The notes under the pieces are model-generated. The model saw only the letters and a list, made by a program, of their open reading frames with translations. It made no database searches and had not been told where the DNA came from. 24,789 nucleotides of DNA. Origin: Utricularia gibba (taxonomy: Eukaryota; Plantae; Magnoliophyta). Of this stretch, positions 1-9,848 are shown in pieces. The number at the start of each line of letters is the position of its first letter. Position 1 is the first letter of the stretch. The position numbers and the translations under genes were made by a program. Where the stretch lies: positions 1 through 24,789 of the forward strand of contig NEEC01000052.1 in NCBI GenBank assembly GCA_002189035.1, written 5' to 3'.

Positions 1-1120
1 CCAACCGGTGCGAGTCGACGAAAATAATGATGCATTTGTTTAAAGTAAGATGTCACGTGCACCCACATGATTTTTTCAACAACTTACTTTATACTTGAGG
101 AGGCGGTCTTGGGGGGCACCTAGAACGGGACAAAGGTCAGGTTGGGTTAGGGCCGAAAGTTAGTTGTAGCCTGGCAACTAAAGCGATGCACTTATTAACG
201 TTCGGTTTTTCAGGGGCTTCCTACAAGGTTTTTCAAGGAACAACTTCTCGTTTTGTGTCGGCCACTCTCACTGGGCACTTGGTCCGGCGCTGCGTTCGGT
301 CCGGCTCATGAGCCCAACCGGGTGCGAGTCGACGAAAATAATGATGCATTTGTTTAAAGTAAGATGTCACGTGCACCCCACATGATTTTTTCAACAACTT
401 ACTTTATACTTGAGGAGGCGGTCTTGGGGGGCACCTAGAACGGGACAAAGGTCAGGTTGGGTTAGGGCCGAAAGTTAGTTGTAGCCTGGCAACTAAAGCG
501 ATGCACTTATTAACGTTCGGTTTTCAGGGGCTTCCTACAAGGTTTTTCAAGGAACAACTTCTCGTTTTGTGTCGGCCACTCTCACTGGGCACTTGGTCGG
601 CGCTGCGTTCGGTCCGGCTCATGAGCCCAACCGGGTGCGAGTCGACGAAAATAATGATGCATTTGTTTAAAGTAAGATGTCACGTGCACCCCACATGATT
701 TTTTCAACAACTTACTTTATACTTGAGGAGGCGGTCTTGGGGGGCACCTAGAACGGGACAAAGGTCAGGTTGGGTTAGGGCCGAAAGTTAGTTGTAGCCT
801 GGCAACTAAAGCGATGCACTTATTAACGTTCGGTTTTCAGGGGCTTCCTACAAGGTTTTTCAAGGAACAACTTCTCGTTTTGTGTCGGCCACTCTCACTG
901 GGCACTTGGTCCGGCGCTGCGTTCGGTCCGGCTCATGAGCCCAACCGGGTGCGAGTCGACGAAAATAATGATGCATTTGTTTAAAGTAAGATGTCACGTG
1001 CACCCCACATGATTTTTCAACAACTTACTTTATACTTGAGGAGGCGGTCTTGGGGGGCACCTAGAACGGGACAAAGGTCAGGTTGGGTTAGGGCCGAAAG
1101 TTAGTTGTAGCCTGGCAACT

Positions 1121-1775
1121 GATGCGAGGCGGTCTTACCTAAACCCCACAAAGATTTCAACAAGGAGGAGGCGGTCTTGGGGGCACCTAGAAGGGACAAA
1201 GGTCAGGTTGGGTTAGGGCCGAAAGTTAGTTGTAGCCTGGCAACTAAAGCGATGCACTTATTAACGTTCGGTTTTCAGGGGCTTCCTACAAGGTTTTTCA
1301 AGGAACAACTTCTCGTTTTGTGTCGGCCACTCTCACTGGGCACTTGGTCGGCGCTGCGTTCGGTCCGGCTCATGAGCCCAACCGGGTGCGAGTCGACGAA
1401 AATAATGATGCATTTGTTTAAAGTAAGATGTCACGTGCACCCCACATGATTTTTTTACTTTATACTTGAGGACTTACCTTCAGGTTGGGTTAGGGCCGAA
1501 AGTTAGTTGTAGCCTTAAAGCGATGCACTTATTAACGTTCGGTTTTCAGGGGCTTCCTACAAGGTTTTTCAAGGAACAACTTCTCGGTGGGCCACTCTCA
1601 CTGGGCACTTGGTCCGCGCTGCGTTCTCCGGCTCATGAGCCCACCGGGTGCGAGTCGACGAAAATAATGATGCATTTGTTTAAAGTAAGATGTCACGTGC
1701 ACCCACATGATTTTTTCAACAACTTACTTTATACTTGAGGAGGCGGTCTACCTAGAACGGCAAAGGTCAGAAAAG
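1121..1775 (+). repeat. Degraded or shortened monomers (multiple deletions, scrambled fragments)
   Basis: The copy at 1036 breaks off at 1120 and the next starts near 1163. Further deletions lie near 1455-1520, 1585-1645 and 1750-1775. Confidence 0.9.
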
Positions 1776-2649
1776 TTAGTTGTAGCCTGGCAACTAAAGC
1801 GATGCACTTATTAACGTTCGGTTTTCAGGGGCTTCCTACAAGGTTTTTCAAGGAACAACTTCTCGTTTTGTGTCGGCCACTCTCACTGGGCACTTGGTCC
1901 GCGCTGCGTTCGGTCCGGCTCATGAGCCCAACCGGGTGCGAGTCGACGAAAATAATGATGCATTTGTTTAAAGTAAGATGTCACGTGCACCCCACATGAT
2001 TTTTTCAACAACTTACTTTATACTTGAGGAGGCGGTCTTGGGGGGCACCTAGAACGGGACAAAGGTCAGGTTGGGTTAGGGCCGAAAGTTAGTTGTAGCC
2101 TGGCAACTAAAGCGATGCACTTATTAACGTTCGGTTTTCAGGGGCTTCCTACAAGGTTTTTCAAGGAACAACTTCTCGTTTTGTGTCGGCCACTCTCACT
2201 GGGCACTTGGTCCGGCGCTGCGTTCGGTCCGGCTCATGAGCCCAACCGGGTGCGAGTCGACGAAAATAATGATGCATTTGTTTAAAGTAAGATGTCACGT
2301 GCACCCACATGATTTTTTCAACAACTTACTTTATACTTGAGGAGGCGGTCTTGGGGGCACCTAGAACGGGACAAAGGTCAGGTTGGGTTAGGGCCGAAAG
2401 TTAGTTGTAGCCTGGCAACTAAAGCGATGCACTTATTAACGTTCGGTTTTCAGGGGCTTCCTACAAGGTTTTTCAAGGAACAACTTCTCGTTTTGTGTCG
2501 GCCACTCTCACTGGGCACTTGGTCCGGCGCTGCGTTCGGTCCGGCTCATGAGCCCAACCGGGTGCGAGTCGACGAAAATAATGATGCATTTGTTTAAAGT
2601 AAGATGTCACGTGCACCCCACATGATTTTTTCAACAACTTACTTTATAC

Positions 2650-2962
2650 TTGAGGAGGCGGTCTTGGGGGCACCTAGAACGGGACAAAGGTCAGGTTGGG
2701 TTAGGGCCGAAAGTTAGTTGTAGCCTGGCAACTAAAGCGATGCACTTATTAACGTTCGGTTTTCAGGGGCTTCCTACAAGGTTTTTCAAGGAACAACTTC
2801 TCGTTTTGTGTCGGCCACTCTCACTGGGCACTTGGTCCGGCGCTGCGTTCGGTCCGGCTCATGAGCCCAACCGGGTGCGAGTCGACGAAAATAATGATGC
2901 ATTTGTTTAAAGTAAGATGTCACGTGCACCCCACATGATTTTTTCAACAACTTACTTTATAC
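2650..2962 (+). repeat. Representative 313-bp monomer (G5 variant)
   Basis: Identical to the 314-bp unit except TCTT-G5-CACC; the next copy starts at 2963. The 86-aa ORFs in the track mark these G5 copies. Confidence 0.97.
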
Positions 2963-3317
2963 TTGAGGAGGCGGTCTTGGGGGCACCTAGAACGGGACAA
3001 AGGTCAGGTTGGGTTAGGGCCGAAAGTTAGTTGTAGCCTGGCAACTAAAGCGATGCACTTATTAACGTTCGGTTTTCAGGGGCTTCCTACAAGGTTTTTC
3101 AAGGAACAACTTCTCGTTTTGTGTCGGCCACTCTCACTGGGCACTTGGTCCGGCGCTGCGTTCGGTCCGGCTCATGAGCCCAACCGGGTGCGAGTCGACG
3201 AAAATAATGATGCATTTGTTTAAAGTAAGATGTCACGTGCACCCCACATGATTTTTTCAACAACTTACTTTATACTTGAGGAGGCGGTCTTGGGGGGCAC
3301 CTAGAACGGGACAAAGG

Positions 3318-3333
3318 TCAGGTTGGGTTAGGG
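3318..3333 (+). other. Degenerate telomere-like motif TCAGG-TTGGG-TTAGGG (one per monomer; example copy)
   Basis: Read directly from the sequence: one perfect TTAGGG preceded by two degenerate pentamers. Any telomeric function is unproven. Confidence 0.4.
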
Positions 3334-3340
3334 CCGAAAG

Positions 3341-3362
3341 TTAGTTGTAGCCTGGCAACTAA
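3341..3362. other. Inverted repeat TTAGTTG-N8-CAACTAA (potential hairpin; one per monomer)
   Basis: Perfect 7-bp arms at 3341-3347 and 3356-3362 around TAGCCTGG. Confidence 0.6.
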
Positions 3363-3482
3363 AGCGATGCACTTATTAACGTTCGGTTTTCAGGGGCTTC
3401 CTACAAGGTTTTTCAAGGAACAACTTCTCGTTTTGTGTCGGCCACTCTCACTGGGCACTTGGTCCGGCGCTGCGTTCGGTCC

Positions 3483-3494
3483 GGCTCATGAGCC
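3483..3494. other. Perfect 12-bp palindrome GGCTCATGAGCC (one per monomer)
   Basis: The sequence equals its own reverse complement; function unknown. Confidence 0.6.
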
Positions 3495-3531
3495 CAACCG
3501 GGTGCGAGTCGACGAAAATAATGATGCATTT

Positions 3532-3589
3532 GTTTAAAGTAAGATGTCACGTGCACCCCACATGATTTTTTCAACAACTTACTTTATAC
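3532..3589. other. Inverted repeat GTTTAAAGTAAG-N34-CTTACTTTATAC (11/12 complementary; one per monomer)
   Basis: Arms at 3532-3543 and 3578-3589 have a perfect 9-bp core TAAAGTAAG/CTTACTTTA and a single T-T mismatch. Confidence 0.6.
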
Positions 3590-6500
3590 TTGAGGAGGCG
3601 GTCTTGGGGGGCACCTAGAACGGGACAAAGGTCAGGTTGGGTTAGGGCCGAAAGTTAGTTGTAGCCTGGCAACTAAAGCGATGCACTTATTAACGTTCGG
3701 TTTTCAGGGGCTTCCTACAAGGTTTTTCAAGGAACAACTTCTCGTTTTGTGTCGGCCACTCTCACTGGGCACTTGGTCCGGCGCTGCGTTCGGTCCGGCT
3801 CATGAGCCCAACCGGGTGCGAGTCGACGAAAATAATGATGCATTTGTTTAAAGTAAGATGTCACGTGCACCCCACATGATTTTTTCAACAACTTACTTTA
3901 TACTTGAGGAGGCGGTCTTGGGGGGCACCTAGAACGGGACAAAGGTCAGGTTGGGTTAGGGCCGAAAGTTAGTTGTAGCCTGGCAACTAAAGCGATGCAC
4001 TTATTAACGTTCGGTTTTCAGGGGCTTCCTACAAGGTTTTTCAAGGAACAACTTCTCGTTTTGTGTCGGCCACTCTCACTGGGCACTTGGTCCGGCGCTG
4101 CGTTCGGTCCGGCTCATGAGCCCAACCGGGTGCGAGTCGACGAAAATAATGATGCATTTGTTTAAAGTAAGATGTCACGTGCACCCCACATGATTTTTTC
4201 AACAACTTACTTTATACTTGAGGAGGCGGTCTTGGGGGCACCTAGAACGGGACAAAGGTCAGGTTGGGTTAGGGCCGAAAGTTAGTTGTAGCCTGGCAAC
4301 TAAAGCGATGCACTTATTAACGTTCGGTTTTCAGGGGCTTCCTACAAGGTTTTTCAAGGAACAACTTCTCGTTTTGTGTCGGCCACTCTCACTGGGCACT
4401 TGGTCCGGCGCTGCGTTCGGTCCGGCTCATGAGCCCAACCGGGTGCGAGTCGACGAAAATAATGATGCATTTGTTTAAAGTAAGATGTCACGTGCACCCC
4501 ACATGATTTTTTCAACAACTTACTTTATACTTGAGGAGGCGGTCTTGGGGGCACCTAGAACGGGACAAAGGTCAGGTTGGGTTAGGGCCGAAAGTTAGTT
4601 GTAGCCTGGCAACTAAAGCGATGCACTTATTAACGTTCGGTTTTCAGGGGCTTCCTACAAGGTTTTTCAAGGAACAACTTCTCGTTTTGTGTCGGCCACT
4701 CTCACTGGGCACTTGGTCCGGCGCTGCGTTCGGTCCGGCTCATGAGCCCAACCGGGTGCGAGTCGACGAAAATAATGATGCATTTGTTTAAAGTAAGATG
4801 TCACGTGCACCCCACATGATTTTTTCAACAACTTACTTTATACTTGAGGAGGCGGTCTTGGGGGGCACCTAGAACGGGACAAAGGTCAGGTTGGGTTAGG
4901 GCCGAAAGTTAGTTGTAGCCTGGCAACTAAAGCGATGCACTTATTAACGTTCGGTTTTCAGGGGCTTCCTACAAGGTTTTTCAAGGAACAACTTCTCGTT
5001 TTGTGTCGGCCACTCTCACTGGGCACTTGGTCCGGCGCTGCGTTCGGTCCGGCTCATGAGCCCAACCGGGTGCGAGTCGACGAAAATAATGATGCATTTG
5101 TTTAAAGTAAGATGTCACGTGCACCCCACATGATTTTTTCAACAACTTACTTTATACTTGAGGAGGCGGTCTTGGGGGGCACCTAGAACGGGACAAAGGT
5201 CAGGTTGGGTTAGGGCCGAAAGTTAGTTGTAGCCTGGCAACTAAAGCGATGCACTTATTAACGTTCGGTTTTCAGGGGCTTCCTACAAGGTTTTTCAAGG
5301 AACAACTTCTCGTTTTGTGTCGGCCACTCTCACTGGGCACTTGGTCCGGCGCTGCGTTCGGTCCGGCTCATGAGCCCAACCGGGTGCGAGTCGACGAAAA
5401 TAATGATGCATTTGTTTAAAGTAAGATGTCACGTGCACCCCACATGATTTTTTCAACAACTTACTTTATACTTGAGGAGGCGGTCTTGGGGGGCACCTAG
5501 AACGGGACAAAGGTCAGGTTGGGTTAGGGCCGAAAGTTAGTTGTAGCCTGGCAACTAAAGCGATGCACTTATTAACGTTCGGTTTTCAGGGGCTTCCTAC
5601 AAGGTTTTTCAAGGAACAACTTCTCGTTTTGTGTCGGCCACTCTCACTGGGCACTTGGTCCGGCGCTGCGTTCGGTCCGGCTCATGAGCCCAACCGGGTG
5701 CGAGTCGACGAAAATAATGATGCATTTGTTTAAAGTAAGATGTCACGTGCACCCCACATGATTTTTTCAACAACTTACTTTATACTTGAGGAGGCGGTCT
5801 TGGGGGGCACCTAGAACGGGACAAAGGTCAGGTTGGGTTAGGGCCGAAAGTTAGTTGTAGCCTGGCAACTAAAGCGATGCACTTATTAACGTTCGGTTTT
5901 CAGGGGCTTCCTACAAGGTTTTTCAAGGAACAACTTCTCGTTTTGTGTCGGCCACTCTCACTGGGCACTTGGTCCGGCGCTGCGTTCGGTCCGGCTCATG
6001 AGCCCAACCGGGTGCGAGTCGACGAAAATAATGATGCATTTGTTTAAAGTAAGATGTCACGTGCACCCCACATGATTTTTTCAACAACTTACTTTATACT
6101 TGAGGAGGCGGTCTTGGGGGGCACCTAGAACGGGACAAAGGTCAGGTTGGGTTAGGGCCGAAAGTTAGTTGTAGCCTGGCAACTAAAGCGATGCACTTAT
6201 TAACGTTCGGTTTTCAGGGGCTTCCTACAAGGTTTTTCAAGGAACAACTTCTCGTTTTGTGTCGGCCACTCTCACTGGGCACTTGGTCCGGCGCTGCGTT
6301 CGGTCCGGCTCATGAGCCCAACCGGGTGCGAGTCGACGAAAATAATGATGCATTTGTTTAAAGTAAGATGTCACGTGCACCCCACATGATTTTTTCAACA
6401 ACTTACTTTATACTTGAGGAGGCGGTCTTGGGGGCACCTAGAACGGGACAAAGGTCAGGTTGGGTTAGGGCCGAAAGTTAGTTGTAGCCTGGCAACTAAA

Positions 6501-9500
6501 GCGATGCACTTATTAACGTTCGGTTTTCAGGGGCTTCCTACAAGGTTTTTCAAGGAACAACTTCTCGTTTTGTGTCGGCCACTCTCACTGGGCACTTGGT
6601 CCGGCGCTGCGTTCGGTCCGGCTCATGAGCCCAACCGGGTGCGAGTCGACGAAAATAATGATGCATTTGTTTAAAGTAAGATGTCACGTGCACCCCACAT
6701 GATTTTTTCAACAACTTACTTTATACTTGAGGAGGCGGTCTTGGGGGGCACCTAGAACGGGACAAAGGTCAGGTTGGGTTAGGGCCGAAAGTTAGTTGTA
6801 GCCTGGCAACTAAAGCGATGCACTTATTAACGTTCGGTTTTCAGGGGCTTCCTACAAGGTTTTTCAAGGAACAACTTCTCGTTTTGTGTCGGCCACTCTC
6901 ACTGGGCACTTGGTCCGGCGCTGCGTTCGGTCCGGCTCATGAGCCCAACCGGGTGCGAGTCGACGAAAATAATGATGCATTTGTTTAAAGTAAGATGTCA
7001 CGTGCACCCCACATGATTTTTTCAACAACTTACTTTATACTTGAGGAGGCGGTCTTGGGGGCACCTAGAACGGGACAAAGGTCAGGTTGGGTTAGGGCCG
7101 AAAGTTAGTTGTAGCCTGGCAACTAAAGCGATGCACTTATTAACGTTCGGTTTTCAGGGGCTTCCTACAAGGTTTTTCAAGGAACAACTTCTCGTTTTGT
7201 GTCGGCCACTCTCACTGGGCACTTGGTCCGGCGCTGCGTTCGGTCCGGCTCATGAGCCCAACCGGGTGCGAGTCGACGAAAATAATGATGCATTTGTTTA
7301 AAGTAAGATGTCACGTGCACCCCACATGATTTTTTCAACAACTTACTTTATACTTGAGGAGGCGGTCTTGGGGGGCACCTAGAACGGGACAAAGGTCAGG
7401 TTGGGTTAGGGCCGAAAGTTAGTTGTAGCCTGGCAACTAAAGCGATGCACTTATTAACGTTCGGTTTTCAGGGGCTTCCTACAAGGTTTTTCAAGGAACA
7501 ACTTCTCGTTTTGTGTCGGCCACTCTCACTGGGCACTTGGTCCGGCGCTGCGTTCGGTCCGGCTCATGAGCCCAACCGGGTGCGAGTCGACGAAAATAAT
7601 GATGCATTTGTTTAAAGTAAGATGTCACGTGCACCCCACATGATTTTTTCAACAACTTACTTTATACTTGAGGAGGCGGTCTTGGGGGCACCTAGAACGG
7701 GACAAAGGTCAGGTTGGGTTAGGGCCGAAAGTTAGTTGTAGCCTGGCAACTAAAGCGATGCACTTATTAACGTTCGGTTTTCAGGGGCTTCCTACAAGGT
7801 TTTTCAAGGAACAACTTCTCGTTTTGTGTCGGCCACTCTCACTGGGCACTTGGTCCGGCGCTGCGTTCGGTCCGGCTCATGAGCCCAACCGGGTGCGAGT
7901 CGACGAAAATAATGATGCATTTGTTTAAAGTAAGATGTCACGTGCACCCCACATGATTTTTTCAACAACTTACTTTATACTTGAGGAGGCGGTCTTGGGG
8001 GCACCTAGAACGGGACAAAGGTCAGGTTGGGTTAGGGCCGAAAGTTAGTTGTAGCCTGGCAACTAAAGCGATGCACTTATTAACGTTCGGTTTTCAGGGG
8101 CTTCCTACAAGGTTTTTCAAGGAACAACTTCTCGTTTTGTGTCGGCCACTCTCACTGGGCACTTGGTCCGGCGCTGCGTTCGGTCCGGCTCATGAGCCCA
8201 ACCGGGTGCGAGTCGACGAAAATAATGATGCATTTGTTTAAAGTAAGATGTCACGTGCACCCCACATGATTTTTTCAACAACTTACTTTATACTTGAGGA
8301 GGCGGTCTTGGGGGCACCTAGAACGGGACAAAGGTCAGGTTGGGTTAGGGCCGAAAGTTAGTTGTAGCCTGGCAACTAAAGCGATGCACTTATTAACGTT
8401 CGGTTTTCAGGGGCTTCCTACAAGGTTTTTCAAGGAACAACTTCTCGTTTTGTGTCGGCCACTCTCACTGGGCACTTGGTCCGGCGCTGCGTTCGGTCCG
8501 GCTCATGAGCCCAACCGGGTGCGAGTCGACGAAAATAATGATGCATTTGTTTAAAGTAAGATGTCACGTGCACCCCACATGATTTTTTCAACAACTTACT
8601 TTATACTTGAGGAGGCGGTCTTGGGGGCACCTAGAACGGGACAAAGGTCAGGTTGGGTTAGGGCCGAAAGTTAGTTGTAGCCTGGCAACTAAAGCGATGC
8701 ACTTATTAACGTTCGGTTTTCAGGGGCTTCCTACAAGGTTTTTCAAGGAACAACTTCTCGTTTTGTGTCGGCCACTCTCACTGGGCACTTGGTCCGGCGC
8801 TGCGTTCGGTCCGGCTCATGAGCCCAACCGGTGCGAGTCGACGAAAATAATGATGCATTTGTTTAAAGTAAGATGTCACGTGCACCCCACATGATTTTTT
8901 CAACAACTTACTTTATACTTGAGGAGGCGGTCTTGGGGGCACCTAGAACGGGACAAAGGTCAGGTTGGGTTAGGGCCGAAAGTTAGTTGTAGCCTGGCAA
9001 CTAAAGCGATTAACGTTCGGTTTTCAGGGGCTTCCTACAAGGTTTTTCAAGGAACAACTTCTCGTTTTGTGTCGGCCACTCTCACTGGGCACTTGGTCCG
9101 GCGCTGCGTTCGGTCCGGCTCATGAGCCCAACCGGGTGCGAGTCGACGAAAATAATGATGCATTTGTTTAAAGTAAGATGTCACGTGCACCCCACATGAT
9201 TTTTTCAACAACTTACTTTATACTTGAGGAGGCGGTCTTGGGGGCACCTAGAACGGGACAAAGGTCAGGTTGGGTTAGGGCCGAAAGTTAGTTGTAGCCT
9301 GGCAACTAAAGCGATGCACTTATTAACGTTCGGTTTTCAGGGGCTTCCTACAAGGTTTTTCAAGGAACAACTTCTCGTTTTGTGTCGGCCACTCTCACTG
9401 GGCACTTGGTCCGGCGCTGCGTTCGGTCCGGCTCATGAGCCCAACCGGGTGCGAGTCGACGAAAATAATGATGCATTTGTTTAAAGTAAGATGTCACGTG

Positions 9501-9848
9501 CACCCCACATGATTTTTTCAACAACTTACTTTATACTTGAGGAGGCGGTCTTGGGGGCACCTAGAACGGGACAAAGGTCAGGTTGGGTTAGGGCCGAAAG
9601 TTAGTTGTAGCCTGGCAACTAAAGCGATGCACTTATTAACGTTCGGTTTTCAGGGGCTTCCTACAAGGTTTTTCAAGGAACAACTTCTCGTTTTGTGTCG
9701 GCCACTCTCACTGGGCACTTGGTCCGGCGCTGCGTTCGGTCCGGCTCATGAGCCCAACCGGTGCGAGTCGACGAAAATAATGATGCATTTGTTTAAAGTA
9801 AGATGTCACGTGCACCCCACATGATTTTTTCAACAACTTACTTTATAC

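Larger units (their letters stand above)
3276..3589 (+). repeat. Representative 314-bp monomer (G6 variant); phase chosen arbitrarily
   Basis: Runs TTGAGGAGGCGGTCTTGGGGGGCACCTAG...CAACAACTTACTTTATAC, and the next copy starts at 3590. The G run at 3292-3297 has 6 G. Confidence 0.97.
2337..8606 (+). repeat. Homogeneous block of 20 consecutive monomers differing only at the G5/G6 run
   Basis: Copy spacing is exactly 313 (G5) or 314 (G6), the G5 copies translate identically in the ORF track, and I saw no substitutions by eye. Confidence 0.9.

Noticed and set aside
2337-2597. Repeated 86-aa ORF (MRRRSWGHLERDKG...ENNDAFV) and its 60-109-aa frameshifted variants
   Set aside because: It has a TTG start with no upstream RBS and no motif or domain that I recognise. 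It exists only in G5 copies, and the variants arise from indels. It is a by-product of the repeat.
3271-3302. TATACT (-10-like) followed by GAGGAGG (Shine-Dalgarno-like), a TTG 5 nt later and a G5/G6 phase switch
   Set aside because: The -35 region is poor (ATGATT) and the -10 is so close that transcription would start inside the SD. The products would be only 4 aa (G6) or 17 aa (G5). Chance resemblance is likely.
3458-3484. Direct repeat GGTCCGG x2 (TTGGTCCGGCGCTGCGTTCGGTCCGG) as a sign of an internal subrepeat
   Set aside because: It is only 7 bp long (about 10 with one mismatch), and I found no wider internal periodicity such as two ~157-bp halves.
3485-3521. Hammerhead-like words CTCATGAG...CGAAA
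   Set aside because: The core reads CUCAUGA rather than CUGANGA, and stems I and II do not close properly. There is no CTGANGA on either strand.
3380-3556. Cluster of 6-bp palindromes (AACGTT, TCATGA, GTCGAC, ATGCAT, TTTAAA, CACGTG, GTGCAC) suggesting a synthetic polylinker
   Set aside because: Seven per 314 bp is close to the roughly five expected by chance, the sites are dispersed, and I recognise no vector, adapter or splint sequence.
3535-3586. Arms TAAAGTA...TACTTTA resemble my recollection of the pMV158/MOB-V oriT inverted repeat
   Set aside because: The spacer is far too long, the AGTGTG nick motif is absent and no relaxase is nearby.
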